Origin: Candidatus Hydrogenedentota bacterium
GTDB taxonomy: Bacteria; Hydrogenedentota; Hydrogenedentia; Hydrogenedentales; SLHB01
Direction: 5' to 3'
DNA length: 64,000 nucleotides
NCBI GenBank assembly: GCA_045863335.1
Contig: BTVY01000036.1
Location: 1-64,000, forward strand
Part shown: one piece after another, positions 29,590 through 38,276 of the stretch
How positions within the stretch are numbered: position 1 is the first letter of the stretch
Layout: every line of letters starts with the position of its first letter
Notes under the pieces: generated by a model
Database searches by the model: none
What the model was told of the DNA's origin: nothing
Seen by the model: only the letters and a program-made list of their open reading frames with translations
Position numbers and translations under genes: made by a program

Positions 29590-29743
29590 TAGGAGGGCGG
29601 GTTTTCCAACCCGCCGCGCCAATAACCATGGTTTGGTGCAAGAGTCTTTTCAATGGAAACAAACTACCAAAACGCTCTGCAAATCTGTTTTGTTCTAATT
29701 ACAAAAAAGGTTGGTATGGCGGGTTGGAAAACCCGCCCTCCTA
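29590..29743. repeat. Perfect 26-bp inverted REP pair
   Basis: taggagggcgggttttccaacccgcc (29590-29615) and ggcgggttggaaaacccgccctccta (29718-29743). Confidence 0.8.
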
Positions 29744-29813
29744 TCAACCCCAATTCCGAAGTCGACGCATACAAGGCGACGCCTCGCCTCTGACGAGCGA
29801 GGCGGGGTTTTCC

Positions 29814-29845
29814 AATCCGCAATCCGAAGTCCGCAATCCGCAATC
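29814..29845. repeat. Short heptamer repeat (AATCCGC/AATCCGA)
   Basis: About 4.5 units immediately after the thrC stop, with the same unit as the array at 62984. Confidence 0.75.
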
Positions 29846-30941
29846 AAACCCCTGCGGGTTCGTTGATGCCCATCGCTTCCAACACCGCATCTTCCTTCGC
29901 CTCCACCGTCACCGGTTCCTCGGCGGATTTGATCGCGCTGTCCGGATCCTTCAATCCATGTCCCGTGAGGATACACACGACCCGCAACTTATCGCCGTAC
30001 TCCGGTTCGAAGTCGTCGAAGTATCCGTTCTCCGTGAGTTTGATCAGCCCCGCGATGCTCGCCGCGCTCGCCGGTTCGCAGAAGATGCCTTCCGCCGCCG
30101 CGACCTTCTGGTACGCGACCCGGATCTCGTGGTCCGTCACCATGCCGATGACCCCGCCCGACTCGTCCCGCGCGGCTTCGGCCGTCTTCCAACTCGCGGG
30201 ATTGCCGATTCGAATGGCCGTCGCGAAGGTCTGCGGCTTCTCCACCGGATGCCCCAGCACGATCGGCGCGGACCCGGCCGCCTGGAATCCGAGCATGCGC
30301 GGAAGGTTCCGCACCTTGCCGAGATCGCGGTATTCCTTGTAGCCTTTCCAATAGGCCGTGATGTTCCCCGCATTTCCGACGGGCAGCGCATGGAAATCCG
30401 GCGCCCAGCCTTCGAAATCGTCCACGATCTCAAAGGCGCCCGTCTTCTGGCCCTCGATGCGGTACGGGTTCACCGAGTTCACCAACTGAATCGGCTCTTT
30501 CTCGGTAATGCTCCGCACGAGGTTCAAGGCATCATCAAAATTCCCCTTGACCTGGATGACCTTCGCGCCGTGGATCATCGCCTGCGACAGTTTCCCCATG
30601 GCGATCTTGCCTTCAGGGATCAGCACCGCGCAGGTGATGTTGGCCCGCGCCGAGTACGCCGCCGCCGACGCCGACGTGTTGCCGGTGGACGCGCAGATGA
30701 CTGCCTTGTACCCCTCTTCGACGGCCTTGGTGATGGCCATCGTCATCCCGCGATCCTTGAAGGACCCCGTGGGATTCAAGCCTTCGTACTTGAGGTAGAT
30801 GTCGAGCTTCGGATTGATCGCCTGGCTGAGGTTGTAGGCCCGCACCAGCGGCGTCGAACCCTCGTTCAACGAAATCACGCAGGTTTTGTCCGATACCGGC
30901 AAATAATCCCGATACCGCTCGATCAAAGGTTGCATCAGCAT
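29844..30941 (-). CDS. thrC: Threonine synthase
   Basis: [20 protein letters not shown] and PVGNAGNI. Confidence 0.95.
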   Translation of the reverse strand: MLMQPLIERYRDYLPVSDKTCVISLNEGSTPLVRAYNLSQAINPKLDIYLKYEGLNPTGSFKDRGMTMAITKAVEEGYKAVICASTGNTSASAAAYSARANITCAVLIPEGKIAMGKLSQAMIHGAKVIQVKGNFDDALNLVRSITEKEPIQLVNSVNPYRIEGQKTGAFEIVDDFEGWAPDFHALPVGNAGNITAYWKGYKEYRDLGKVRNLPRMLGFQAAGSAPIVLGHPVEKPQTFATAIRIGNPASWKTAEAARDESGGVIGMVTDHEIRVAYQKVAAAEGIFCEPASAASIAGLIKLTENGYFDDFEPEYGDKLRVVCILTGHGLKDPDSAIKSAEEPVTVEAKEDAVLEAMGINEPAGV

Positions 30942-30970
30942 GGTCGTGTCTCTTTCCGTTTGGGGCGGGG

Positions 30971-32251
30971 TTACTCGTCCAACACGCGCAAGAAATGGGT
31001 CGGCTCGTGGATAACGTCGAGGGCGTCGATCTCGGCGAGGGCGTCCCTCAACGCCGACTCGATGGTAGCGTAGGTCATGAGGACCACGTGCACCCGGTTC
31101 ACCTCATGTTCTTCTTTCTGGATGCACGATGCAATACTCACCCCATGGTCGCCGAGGATGGTACACAGTCGCCCCAATACCCCCGGTCGGTCCAGCGTGG
31201 TCATGCGCAGGTAATACCGGCCCTGGATGCTGCCCACGCTCCGGATAGGCCGTTTCTGCTGATAATTGAAGGGGGGAGGCACCGGACCATTCCCGCGCCG
31301 GGCGATGTCGACGACATCCGCGACGACGGCACTGGCGGTGGGCATCCGGCCCGCGCCGCGTCCATAATAGAGCGTAGCGTCAGCTATATCTGACTTAACG
31401 TAAATTGCATTAAACTCGTTCCGCACCGATGCTAGCAAATGGTCGTCCGGCACCAAGGTCGGATGGACCCGCGCCTCGATCTCCCCGTTGCACTCCCGAA
31501 TGACCGCCAAGAGCTTGATGAGGTACCCCATCTCGCGGGCATAAAGGACATCCGCGTACGTGACTTTCGTCACGCCTTCCGTATGGATGTCGTCCAGGCT
31601 GACCTCGGTCGCGTAACACAAGGAGGCCATAATCTGGCATTTGTGGGCCGTGTCGTGCCCTTCGATATCCAGGTCCGGCGGCGTTTCCGCGAAGCCCTGC
31701 TCCTGGGCCTGTTTCAAGGCTTCCTCGAACTCGAGCCCCTCGTAGGTCATCCGGCTGAGGATGTAGTTGCAGGTGCCGTTGAGGATGCCGTAGATGAACT
31801 CGACCCGGTTCGCGGAAAGCCCTTCGCGCAGGGCTTTGATGATAGGGATGCCGCCGGCGACGGCCGCCTCGTAGCGGAGTTCGACGTTGTTCTTCGCGGC
31901 CGCATCGCACAGCTCCGGCCCGTGGTACGCGAGCAGCATCTTGTTCGCGGTTACCACGCTTTTCCCGGCGTTCAGCGCCGCAAGGATAAACTTCTTCGCG
32001 GGGTTCAACCCGCCAATCAACTCCACCACAACCTCGACCTTGGGGTCGTTAATGAGAGCCATGGCGTCATTGCTGATAGTGACGTCTTTCAGACCATATT
32101 CATCGAAGAGGGCCGTATTCAGATCCGCCACGTGGACCAGGGCGACTTCCGCCCCGGACGTGCGCGATATCACGTCATCATTGTTCAGCAGGGTGCGAAT
32201 CACCCCACCCCCGACGGTGCCTGCCCCAATTACCCCAACTCCGATGGACAT
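30971..32251 (-). CDS. hom: Homoserine dehydrogenase with ACT domain
   Basis: [35 protein letters not shown] and DRPGVL. Confidence 0.95.
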   Translation of the reverse strand: MSIGVGVIGAGTVGGGVIRTLLNNDDVISRTSGAEVALVHVADLNTALFDEYGLKDVTISNDAMALINDPKVEVVVELIGGLNPAKKFILAALNAGKSVVTANKMLLAYHGPELCDAAAKNNVELRYEAAVAGGIPIIKALREGLSANRVEFIYGILNGTCNYILSRMTYEGLEFEEALKQAQEQGFAETPPDLDIEGHDTAHKCQIMASLCYATEVSLDDIHTEGVTKVTYADVLYAREMGYLIKLLAVIRECNGEIEARVHPTLVPDDHLLASVRNEFNAIYVKSDIADATLYYGRGAGRMPTASAVVADVVDIARRGNGPVPPPFNYQQKRPIRSVGSIQGRYYLRMTTLDRPGVLGRLCTILGDHGVSIASCIQKEEHEVNRVHVVLMTYATIESALRDALAEIDALDVIHEPTHFLRVLDE

Positions 32252-32344
32252 GTCCTTCCTTTCCCGCATGCAGCACAGGACCCATCAAACGTCCATGGGT
32301 CCTGCGCATAATCCCTGCCCCGCTAAAGGCTGGGCTTCTTTCGC

Positions 32345-32584
32345 CTAATCTTCAATAACGCACAAGACGTCGCCGACGGAAACCTCATCTCCTTCGTGGA
32401 CGTATTTCTCTTCCAGCTTCCCCGTTTTCGGGCAGGGGATGCTGAACGCCGCCTTGTCGGTGGTCAATTCGACGAGGTCTTCGCCCTCTTTGACCGTGTC
32501 TCCCTCTTCGTACAACCAATACGAAACCGTGGCCACGTCGGCCGCATCTTCGCCGAGGCTCGGCAACTTGACTTCGTGCGTCAT
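32345..32584 (-). CDS. Stand-alone lipoyl/biotinyl carrier domain protein
   Basis: 79 aa with the ELTTDKA lipoylation motif, downstream of lipA. Confidence 0.85.
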   Translation of the reverse strand: MTHEVKLPSLGEDAADVATVSYWLYEEGDTVKEGEDLVELTTDKAAFSIPCPKTGKLEEKYVHEGDEVSVGDVLCVIED

Positions 32585-32629
32585 GCAATCATTCTCCTTC
32601 AACTATGCAACATGCACACCCAGGGCGCC

Positions 32630-33511
32630 TTACACAGCGCGCACCCGATTCCGCGCAAACGTCGTCTTCATCAACTCTTCGGACCGGTACGAACTTCGGA
32701 CAAACGGTCCAGCCACGGCAAAGGCGAAACCCATGTCGTAGGCCTGCTTCTCGTAAGCTGTAAACTGTTCCGGCGTCACGTATTCCAACACTTCCCGCTG
32801 CTTCGTGCTGGGCCGTAAATACTGCCCGATACATACCGCCTCACAGCCCGCGTTCAGCAAGTCGCGCAGGGTTTGCTCCACTTCGTCGGGCGTCTCCCCA
32901 TGGCCTACCATGAGAGCCGATTTCACAATCGGGTCCCGCCGTTCCGCGACGTGGCGCAACACGCCGAGGGCCTCCTGGTACGTACAACGTTTCCCGCGGA
33001 TCGTCGTGTATAACCGCTCCACCGTTTCGATGTTATGACCGAACACATCCGGCCGCGCGTCTAAGACGATATCGACGGCGTCGAAGTCTCCCATGAAGTC
33101 AGGGGTAAGCACTTCCACACTCGTCCGGGGACTCAAGCGCCGAACCGCACGAATCGTCTCCGCGATGTGCCCCGCGCCGCCGTCGGGCAGGTCGTCGCGC
33201 GTAACCGAAGTGATGACAGCATGTTTCAGCTTCATCTTGGCAATGGCTTCCGCCACGTGCTCCGGTTCCGAAGCGTCGACGCCTTCGGGTTTTCCGCCCG
33301 GCACGGAGCAAAATCGGCAACTCCGCGTGCACGTGTTCCCGAGGATCATGAGCGTGGCCGTGCGCTGTTGCCAGCACTCGGCCATGTTCGGGCACCGCGC
33401 GCTCTGGCAAACCGTATGCAGGTCCAGCCCTTCCACCAGTTCCTTGGTGAAGCTGAAATCCTGCCCCGAGGCCCAGGGCCGGCGGATCCATTCCGGGAAT
33501 CGCTGCGTCAT
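32630..33511 (-). CDS. lipA: Lipoyl synthase
   Basis: CQSARCPNMAEC, CTRSCRFC and VRSSY. Confidence 0.95.
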   Translation of the reverse strand: MTQRFPEWIRRPWASGQDFSFTKELVEGLDLHTVCQSARCPNMAECWQQRTATLMILGNTCTRSCRFCSVPGGKPEGVDASEPEHVAEAIAKMKLKHAVITSVTRDDLPDGGAGHIAETIRAVRRLSPRTSVEVLTPDFMGDFDAVDIVLDARPDVFGHNIETVERLYTTIRGKRCTYQEALGVLRHVAERRDPIVKSALMVGHGETPDEVEQTLRDLLNAGCEAVCIGQYLRPSTKQREVLEYVTPEQFTAYEKQAYDMGFAFAVAGPFVRSSYRSEELMKTTFARNRVRAV

Positions 33512-33666
33512 TGGAATCAAAAACCTTCTTTGGCGTGTCGACAACGCGCACACCGTCCGGCTAGTATAGCATTTGGAGAGGGGCAATAGGAAGTATCTTG
33601 AGGAACCGGGCGTTTGGGTTAGCTCTGAGCGATTCTCCATGTAACGACACGGAACTCGACACCTTA

Positions 33667-34206
33667 ATGATTCCACCACAGCAACTTACATCGTTTAGAT
33701 GCACGAGAAAGCCCCTTCACGATCATGTGATCCGAGTCGCTGATGCCAGAGACACGGAAGAGATCAGTCACGTGCTTTGTGCCTGTTACGAAGGATTCAT
33801 CGATAGCGACGGATTCGCAAAACACGTGGTAGAACGTCTGAAAAAGTCGCGCGGCTCCGCCGCATGCGTTCGTGATGAGATCGCGGAGGGCGGTGTGTTT
33901 GTCGCGGTAGTTGAGGTCCGGATAGCAGGCGTCGTATCAGTCCACGGCAACGAAATCGCGCGGCTTTATGTTGCCCCCGAGCAGCAGAGGCGCGGGGTCG
34001 GGACGCTTCTGTTCAACTACGCCGAGACTCGCATCAGAGCGAATGGTTTTACCTATCTCACCTTGGGCGCGGTTGGCCACTCGATGATTCCATTTTACGA
34101 GAAGTTGGGAATGCGTGTTGTGGGCGAAAAGAAGAATGTAAATGGCCCCTGCGCTGGGATTATGACGACAATCATGGCGAAGCAACTTACGGGGGATGAA
34201 TGCTGA
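33667..34206 (+). CDS. GNAT-family N-acetyltransferase
   Basis: LYVAPEQQRRGVG and FYEKLG. Start uncertain. Confidence 0.82.
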   Translation: MIPPQQLTSFRCTRKPLHDHVIRVADARDTEEISHVLCACYEGFIDSDGFAKHVVERLKKSRGSAACVRDEIAEGGVFVAVVEVRIAGVVSVHGNEIARLYVAPEQQRRGVGTLLFNYAETRIRANGFTYLTLGAVGHSMIPFYEKLGMRVVGEKKNVNGPCAGIMTTIMAKQLTGDEC

Positions 34207-35558
34207 TGAAACGCCTTACTTTGCCGTTCCTAATGATCGCGGTTGTTTTCGGCTCTGCAACCGGAGCTTTGGCGAACGCGCCGAATGCTGACGCCATTGA
34301 AGCCGTAAAATCCGGCCAGCGCGCGGACGCCAACGCCGCATGGTGGGGTTTCAATTCGGAAGACGCGACGGACGCGCTGCAATCCGCCATCGATTCGGGC
34401 GCAAAGACGGTGACGGTGCCCTATATGGGCGCGCCGTGGATTGTTCGACCCATCAAGCTGCGCAGCAATCTGGAACTGATTCTTGAGCCTGGCGTGCTGG
34501 TGCTGGCGAAGGCCGGCGAGTTCAAAGGCAAAGGGGATTCCCTGTTTACCGCCGCGGACGCGACGGATATCACGATTCGCGGGTATGGCGCGGTGCTCCG
34601 CATGAGGAAGAGCGACTACCAGTCCGACGCCTACGAGAAGGCGGAATGGCGCATGGGCTTCGCCTTCCGGGGCTGCAAACGGATCCTGGTCGAGGGCGTT
34701 CGCGTCGAAAGCAGTGGGGGAGACGGGTTTTACATCGGCGCCACGGGCGAAAACCCCTGGTGCGAAGATGTCACGATCCGCGACTGCATCTGCGACGACC
34801 ATCACCGCCAGGGCATCAGCGTAATCAGCGCGCAGAATCTACTGATTGAGAACTGCGTGTTGTCCGGCACGGAAGGCACTGCGCCGGAAGCCGGCATCGA
34901 TCTCGAGCCCAACAACGAAAACGAGCGGTTGGTCAATTGCGTCATTCGTAACTGCGTCATCGAGAATAATGCCGGGAACGGCATCCTCCTTTACCTGCGC
35001 CCCTTGACCAGTGCCAGCGAACCGGTGTCCATCCGGTTTGAGGACTGTGTCGTGCGAATGGGCGAGCCCGGCGATGCCCTGGCCGACTTCACCAACGTCA
35101 ACATGAAAGGCGGCGCGGGGATTCGCGTGTCGGCGCTACGCGACGATGGCCCCCAGGGAACCATCGATTTCGTGAATTGCACCGTCGAGAATGCCGCCGA
35201 AGAATGCGTGGCACTGTCCGAGAAGTCCGCAAAATCGGCCGTGGTCCGCTTCCAAGACTGCAACTTCGGCCCATCCTGGGTCGCCGCCAACCGTGGATAC
35301 TGGAAGCCCCGCGTCCCTATATCCATCAGTGGACGCCGCCCTGACGTCGCGGCGGACCTGGGCGGGATCGAATTCGTCGGCTGCCATGTCTTCGACACGG
35401 TCCCGCGCCCCGTCATCGCCTATCTCCCCTCCGAGGGCGACGTGGCGCTGCGGGACATCGGCGGGACCATCTTCGCCTACGGTTCGGCGAGCGCCCGAGC
35501 GGACCTCGGCGATTCGGCCGAGAATGTATCCTTGGAGGTGCTCGCAACAAAGGAGTAA
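34200..35558 (+). CDS. Exported right-handed parallel beta-helix protein (pectin-lyase-like)
   Basis: Signal peptide, DATDALQSAID, GDGFY, RQGISV and GIDLEPN. Confidence 0.82.
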   Translation: MLMKRLTLPFLMIAVVFGSATGALANAPNADAIEAVKSGQRADANAAWWGFNSEDATDALQSAIDSGAKTVTVPYMGAPWIVRPIKLRSNLELILEPGVLVLAKAGEFKGKGDSLFTAADATDITIRGYGAVLRMRKSDYQSDAYEKAEWRMGFAFRGCKRILVEGVRVESSGGDGFYIGATGENPWCEDVTIRDCICDDHHRQGISVISAQNLLIENCVLSGTEGTAPEAGIDLEPNNENERLVNCVIRNCVIENNAGNGILLYLRPLTSASEPVSIRFEDCVVRMGEPGDALADFTNVNMKGGAGIRVSALRDDGPQGTIDFVNCTVENAAEECVALSEKSAKSAVVRFQDCNFGPSWVAANRGYWKPRVPISISGRRPDVAADLGGIEFVGCHVFDTVPRPVIAYLPSEGDVALRDIGGTIFAYGSASARADLGDSAENVSLEVLATKE

Positions 35559-35666
35559 GGCCCAGGGGATAGGGGGACTTGGGCGGGGACGCCCAAGCCA
35601 CGGCTCAATGCCTCGCGTAACTGACCGACGAAGTCAGGCGGCAGAATGGGCCTAGATTAAAAGGTC

Positions 35667-35772
35667 CATGTCGTCCATACCGTCCATATCGTCCATATCG
35701 TCCATGCCCAGACCATTTCGCAGTTCCACCAACCTTTCCATTTCGGATTTCGGGCTTCGAATTTCGGATTTG
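35667..35772. repeat. 9-mer (CATATCGTC-like) x4 and 7-mer (TTTCGGA-like) x4 repeats
   Basis: catgtcgtc cataccgtc catatcgtc catatcgtc, then tttcgga tttcggg cttcgaa tttcgga. Confidence 0.7.
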
Positions 35773-35821
35773 CCTTCTGTGTAGTACTGTGCGGCGTAGG
35801 AAGTTACACAACGCTAATCTC

Positions 35822-35850
35822 TTGACTTATCCCATGGCCTATGTTAGCTT
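35822..35850 (+). promoter_or_regulatory. Sigma70 promoter
   Basis: TTGACT-N17-TAGCTT with an extended TG. Confidence 0.5.
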
Positions 35851-35869
35851 TTGGTAACGGCCAAGGGAG

Positions 35870-36841
35870 TTGCGGACCAAGGGTCGTTCAGCTCGGAGGA
35901 GTCAGGTGCGGTTAGTCGAAGAACATCCCCTCCCACAATCGCCCAAGAAGGCGCCCGAAGTGTTGGTCGTCGGCGGCGGCAAAGGGGGAGTCGGTAAGAC
36001 CTGTTTCTCGGTGAACATCGCCGTCGAGATCGCCCGGAAGGGCTGGCGCGTCGTGCTCGTAGACGCCGATCTCAGTTGCTCCAACGTAGAGACCGTCCTC
36101 GGAGTCGAGGTGGGCGCTAAGCTCGACGACTTCTTCTACCAGCGCGGCGGCAAGGACATCCGCGCCATCCTCACCGAAACGCAATACGAAAACCTTGCGC
36201 TCATCCCTGGCACCACGGGTCTCCTCGACGTTGCCAATCCCAAGTATCAGCAGAAGGTCGCCTTTATCCGGGAACTCGGGCAGCTCGACGCGGATATCAT
36301 CATCGTCGACCTCGACGCGGGCGCCCATTTGAATACGCTGGACTTCTTCCTGATGACCGACACCAACGGCGTCCTCGTCATCACACCGGAAAAGACGAGT
36401 ATCGACAACGCGTTCAAGTTCCTCCGCGCGGCCCTGTTCCGGAAGATCGAGCGGTTTTATCAGAGCCCCGAAGTGGCGCTTCTGTTGAAACGAAACCAGA
36501 CCTTGCGCGAATTCATTGACAGCGTGCGGTCTTCCGAGATTTTCGAGGAGAAAACGCGAAAACGGGTCTGCGGGGAAATTGTATCCATCGCGCGGGCCAT
36601 CAAACCGAAGATCGTCGTGAACCGCGCGCGCAACGCTTACGAAGCCCAGATCGCCGCGAACATCCTATCCAAGCTCGCCCGGCAGCAACTGATGGTCGAA
36701 CCCGAGAATCTCGGGTTTCTGTACTTTGATAAATGCGTTCCGGAGGCGATAAACTGCGGAACACCGTTCGTCGTGAGTCACCCCAGGCAAAAGGTAACGG
36801 CATGTGTGGCCGATATCGCCAATCGGCTGGGATACTTCTAG
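35870..36841 (+). CDS. MinD/FlhG-family P-loop ATPase
   Basis: GGKGGVGKT deviant Walker A, VDAD and VDLDAG. The start may be GTG 35906. Confidence 0.85.
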   Translation: MRTKGRSARRSQVRLVEEHPLPQSPKKAPEVLVVGGGKGGVGKTCFSVNIAVEIARKGWRVVLVDADLSCSNVETVLGVEVGAKLDDFFYQRGGKDIRAILTETQYENLALIPGTTGLLDVANPKYQQKVAFIRELGQLDADIIIVDLDAGAHLNTLDFFLMTDTNGVLVITPEKTSIDNAFKFLRAALFRKIERFYQSPEVALLLKRNQTLREFIDSVRSSEIFEEKTRKRVCGEIVSIARAIKPKIVVNRARNAYEAQIAANILSKLARQQLMVEPENLGFLYFDKCVPEAINCGTPFVVSHPRQKVTACVADIANRLGYF

Positions 36842-36933
36842 TAGTAATTCCCTCTCCAAATCTTCTACACGCGGCGCAGAACGGTGCTTGTGAGAAACAA
36901 CGGCCAACCGGCCCGCACTGGAGCGAGTCAAGC

Positions 36934-38268
36934 TTACAGCCCCCAATAGTCGGTTTCGGGGCTGGCTACGCCAGAGGTCCAGCGGTTCCAGTCCTTAAGA
37001 ATCCGCTTTACGAGGGGGCATCGTCGGGCGTCCACAATCTGGTCGGCCAGAGCCTCGGCTTTTGATCGCAGTTCTAGCGTGCGGGCGTTCTGCCGGCAAA
37101 TGCGCGCTTCGATGAGTACGGCGCGCAGTTGACACTTGAGATTTCCGGTACGAACACCGTATGCGGTGGCTTGTTCGAGATAATCTCGTGCAATCTCATA
37201 GTCGCCTTCGAGCTTCGCAAGACCCGTCAAGGTGAAATCGCCGAGATCCCCCCAGAGTCCTTCAGACTCCTGGCCCTGGCGAACTTGTCGCAGCGTTTCC
37301 CGCGCCCGTACGAACTCTCCCTGCACGCGGTCCACCTCGGCAAGTCCTACCAGAATGAGGCCAGCCACGCGCAACTCTGCCATTCCGCCAATTTCCACTT
37401 CCAATGCGGTTTCGAGCAGGGAACGCGCGTCTGCGGACTGCCCCCTCGCCAACTTGGTCATACCGCCGTACAAGTAAATCAGCGCTTTTGCGCCGCTCCC
37501 GCCTGCGCCAGCCGAAAGCTCCACACCGCGACGGAACCACGGCTCCACCTCCGGTGAGGGAAAGAGGCCCGCGTACCGGTTGCAGCACAGGAAGTCGCTG
37601 CAGGTCATCTGTGTGACCCGCTCGTAGCGAATGAGCTCCTTGAGATGCTCCTGACCGTATGCCCCGGCTACCAACTGACCGCATCGGACGCTGGTAAACG
37701 CGGAAAACCGCCGAAGATCGATCCTTGCGGATCGCTCGAGGTGCAAGAAGTTTTCATTTGCCATGTCCAGTACAGCCTTTGCATCGCCATATCGCGCACT
37801 CTTGTATAGTTGGTATCCATCCCACGCGATCGCTCGATTGGAAGGGCGCGGCGGCCCTTCGACCTGTTCTTGCATGCCGATCCAGTCCACGACGCGCCGA
37901 ACGTGGGGACTTGCCGAATCTGGGCGGACGCCAGAGGCGACTGCGACCTCCAGGTTCCGCAAGCGCTCAGTGAAGTACTCCGCGGCCCGGTGCAGATCCC
38001 GGCCGGACCCGTAGATACCGATTTCGTCGTTTCCAACCACCCACCGGTTTGCGCCCTCGGAAAACTCCCAGACCTGGACGGCGAAGCGGCGCCAAGCGTT
38101 TCCGTATCGAATGTCCAGATGATGTATGGGGCGTAACGCGGCAGCGCACTTCGTTGCGAGATCTGGACATGACTTCTCCGCCACCTGGGGCGCTGCGGAG
38201 AGGGCCTCGGGAAAAAGGCCCAGGTTCGTGAAAAAATCAAAGTGCTCGTTCGTGCCGGTTGGTGGCAT
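36934..38268 (-). CDS. Hypothetical protein with HicB-like N-terminal segment and TPR-like helical region, third gene of the Pup-like operon
   Basis: ATG lies 8 nt after the upstream stop (alternative starts 38301 or 38346). Contains WVVGNDEIGIYGSGRDLHRAAEYF and GLAEVDRVQGEFVRARETL. Confidence 0.6.
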   Translation of the reverse strand: MPPTGTNEHFDFFTNLGLFPEALSAAPQVAEKSCPDLATKCAAALRPIHHLDIRYGNAWRRFAVQVWEFSEGANRWVVGNDEIGIYGSGRDLHRAAEYFTERLRNLEVAVASGVRPDSASPHVRRVVDWIGMQEQVEGPPRPSNRAIAWDGYQLYKSARYGDAKAVLDMANENFLHLERSARIDLRRFSAFTSVRCGQLVAGAYGQEHLKELIRYERVTQMTCSDFLCCNRYAGLFPSPEVEPWFRRGVELSAGAGGSGAKALIYLYGGMTKLARGQSADARSLLETALEVEIGGMAELRVAGLILVGLAEVDRVQGEFVRARETLRQVRQGQESEGLWGDLGDFTLTGLAKLEGDYEIARDYLEQATAYGVRTGNLKCQLRAVLIEARICRQNARTLELRSKAEALADQIVDARRCPLVKRILKDWNRWTSGVASPETDYWGL

Positions 38269-38276
38269 TGTTCGAT

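Noticed and set aside
29628-31073. 481-aa plus-strand ORF
   Set aside because: Antisense shadow of thrC in GC-rich sequence.
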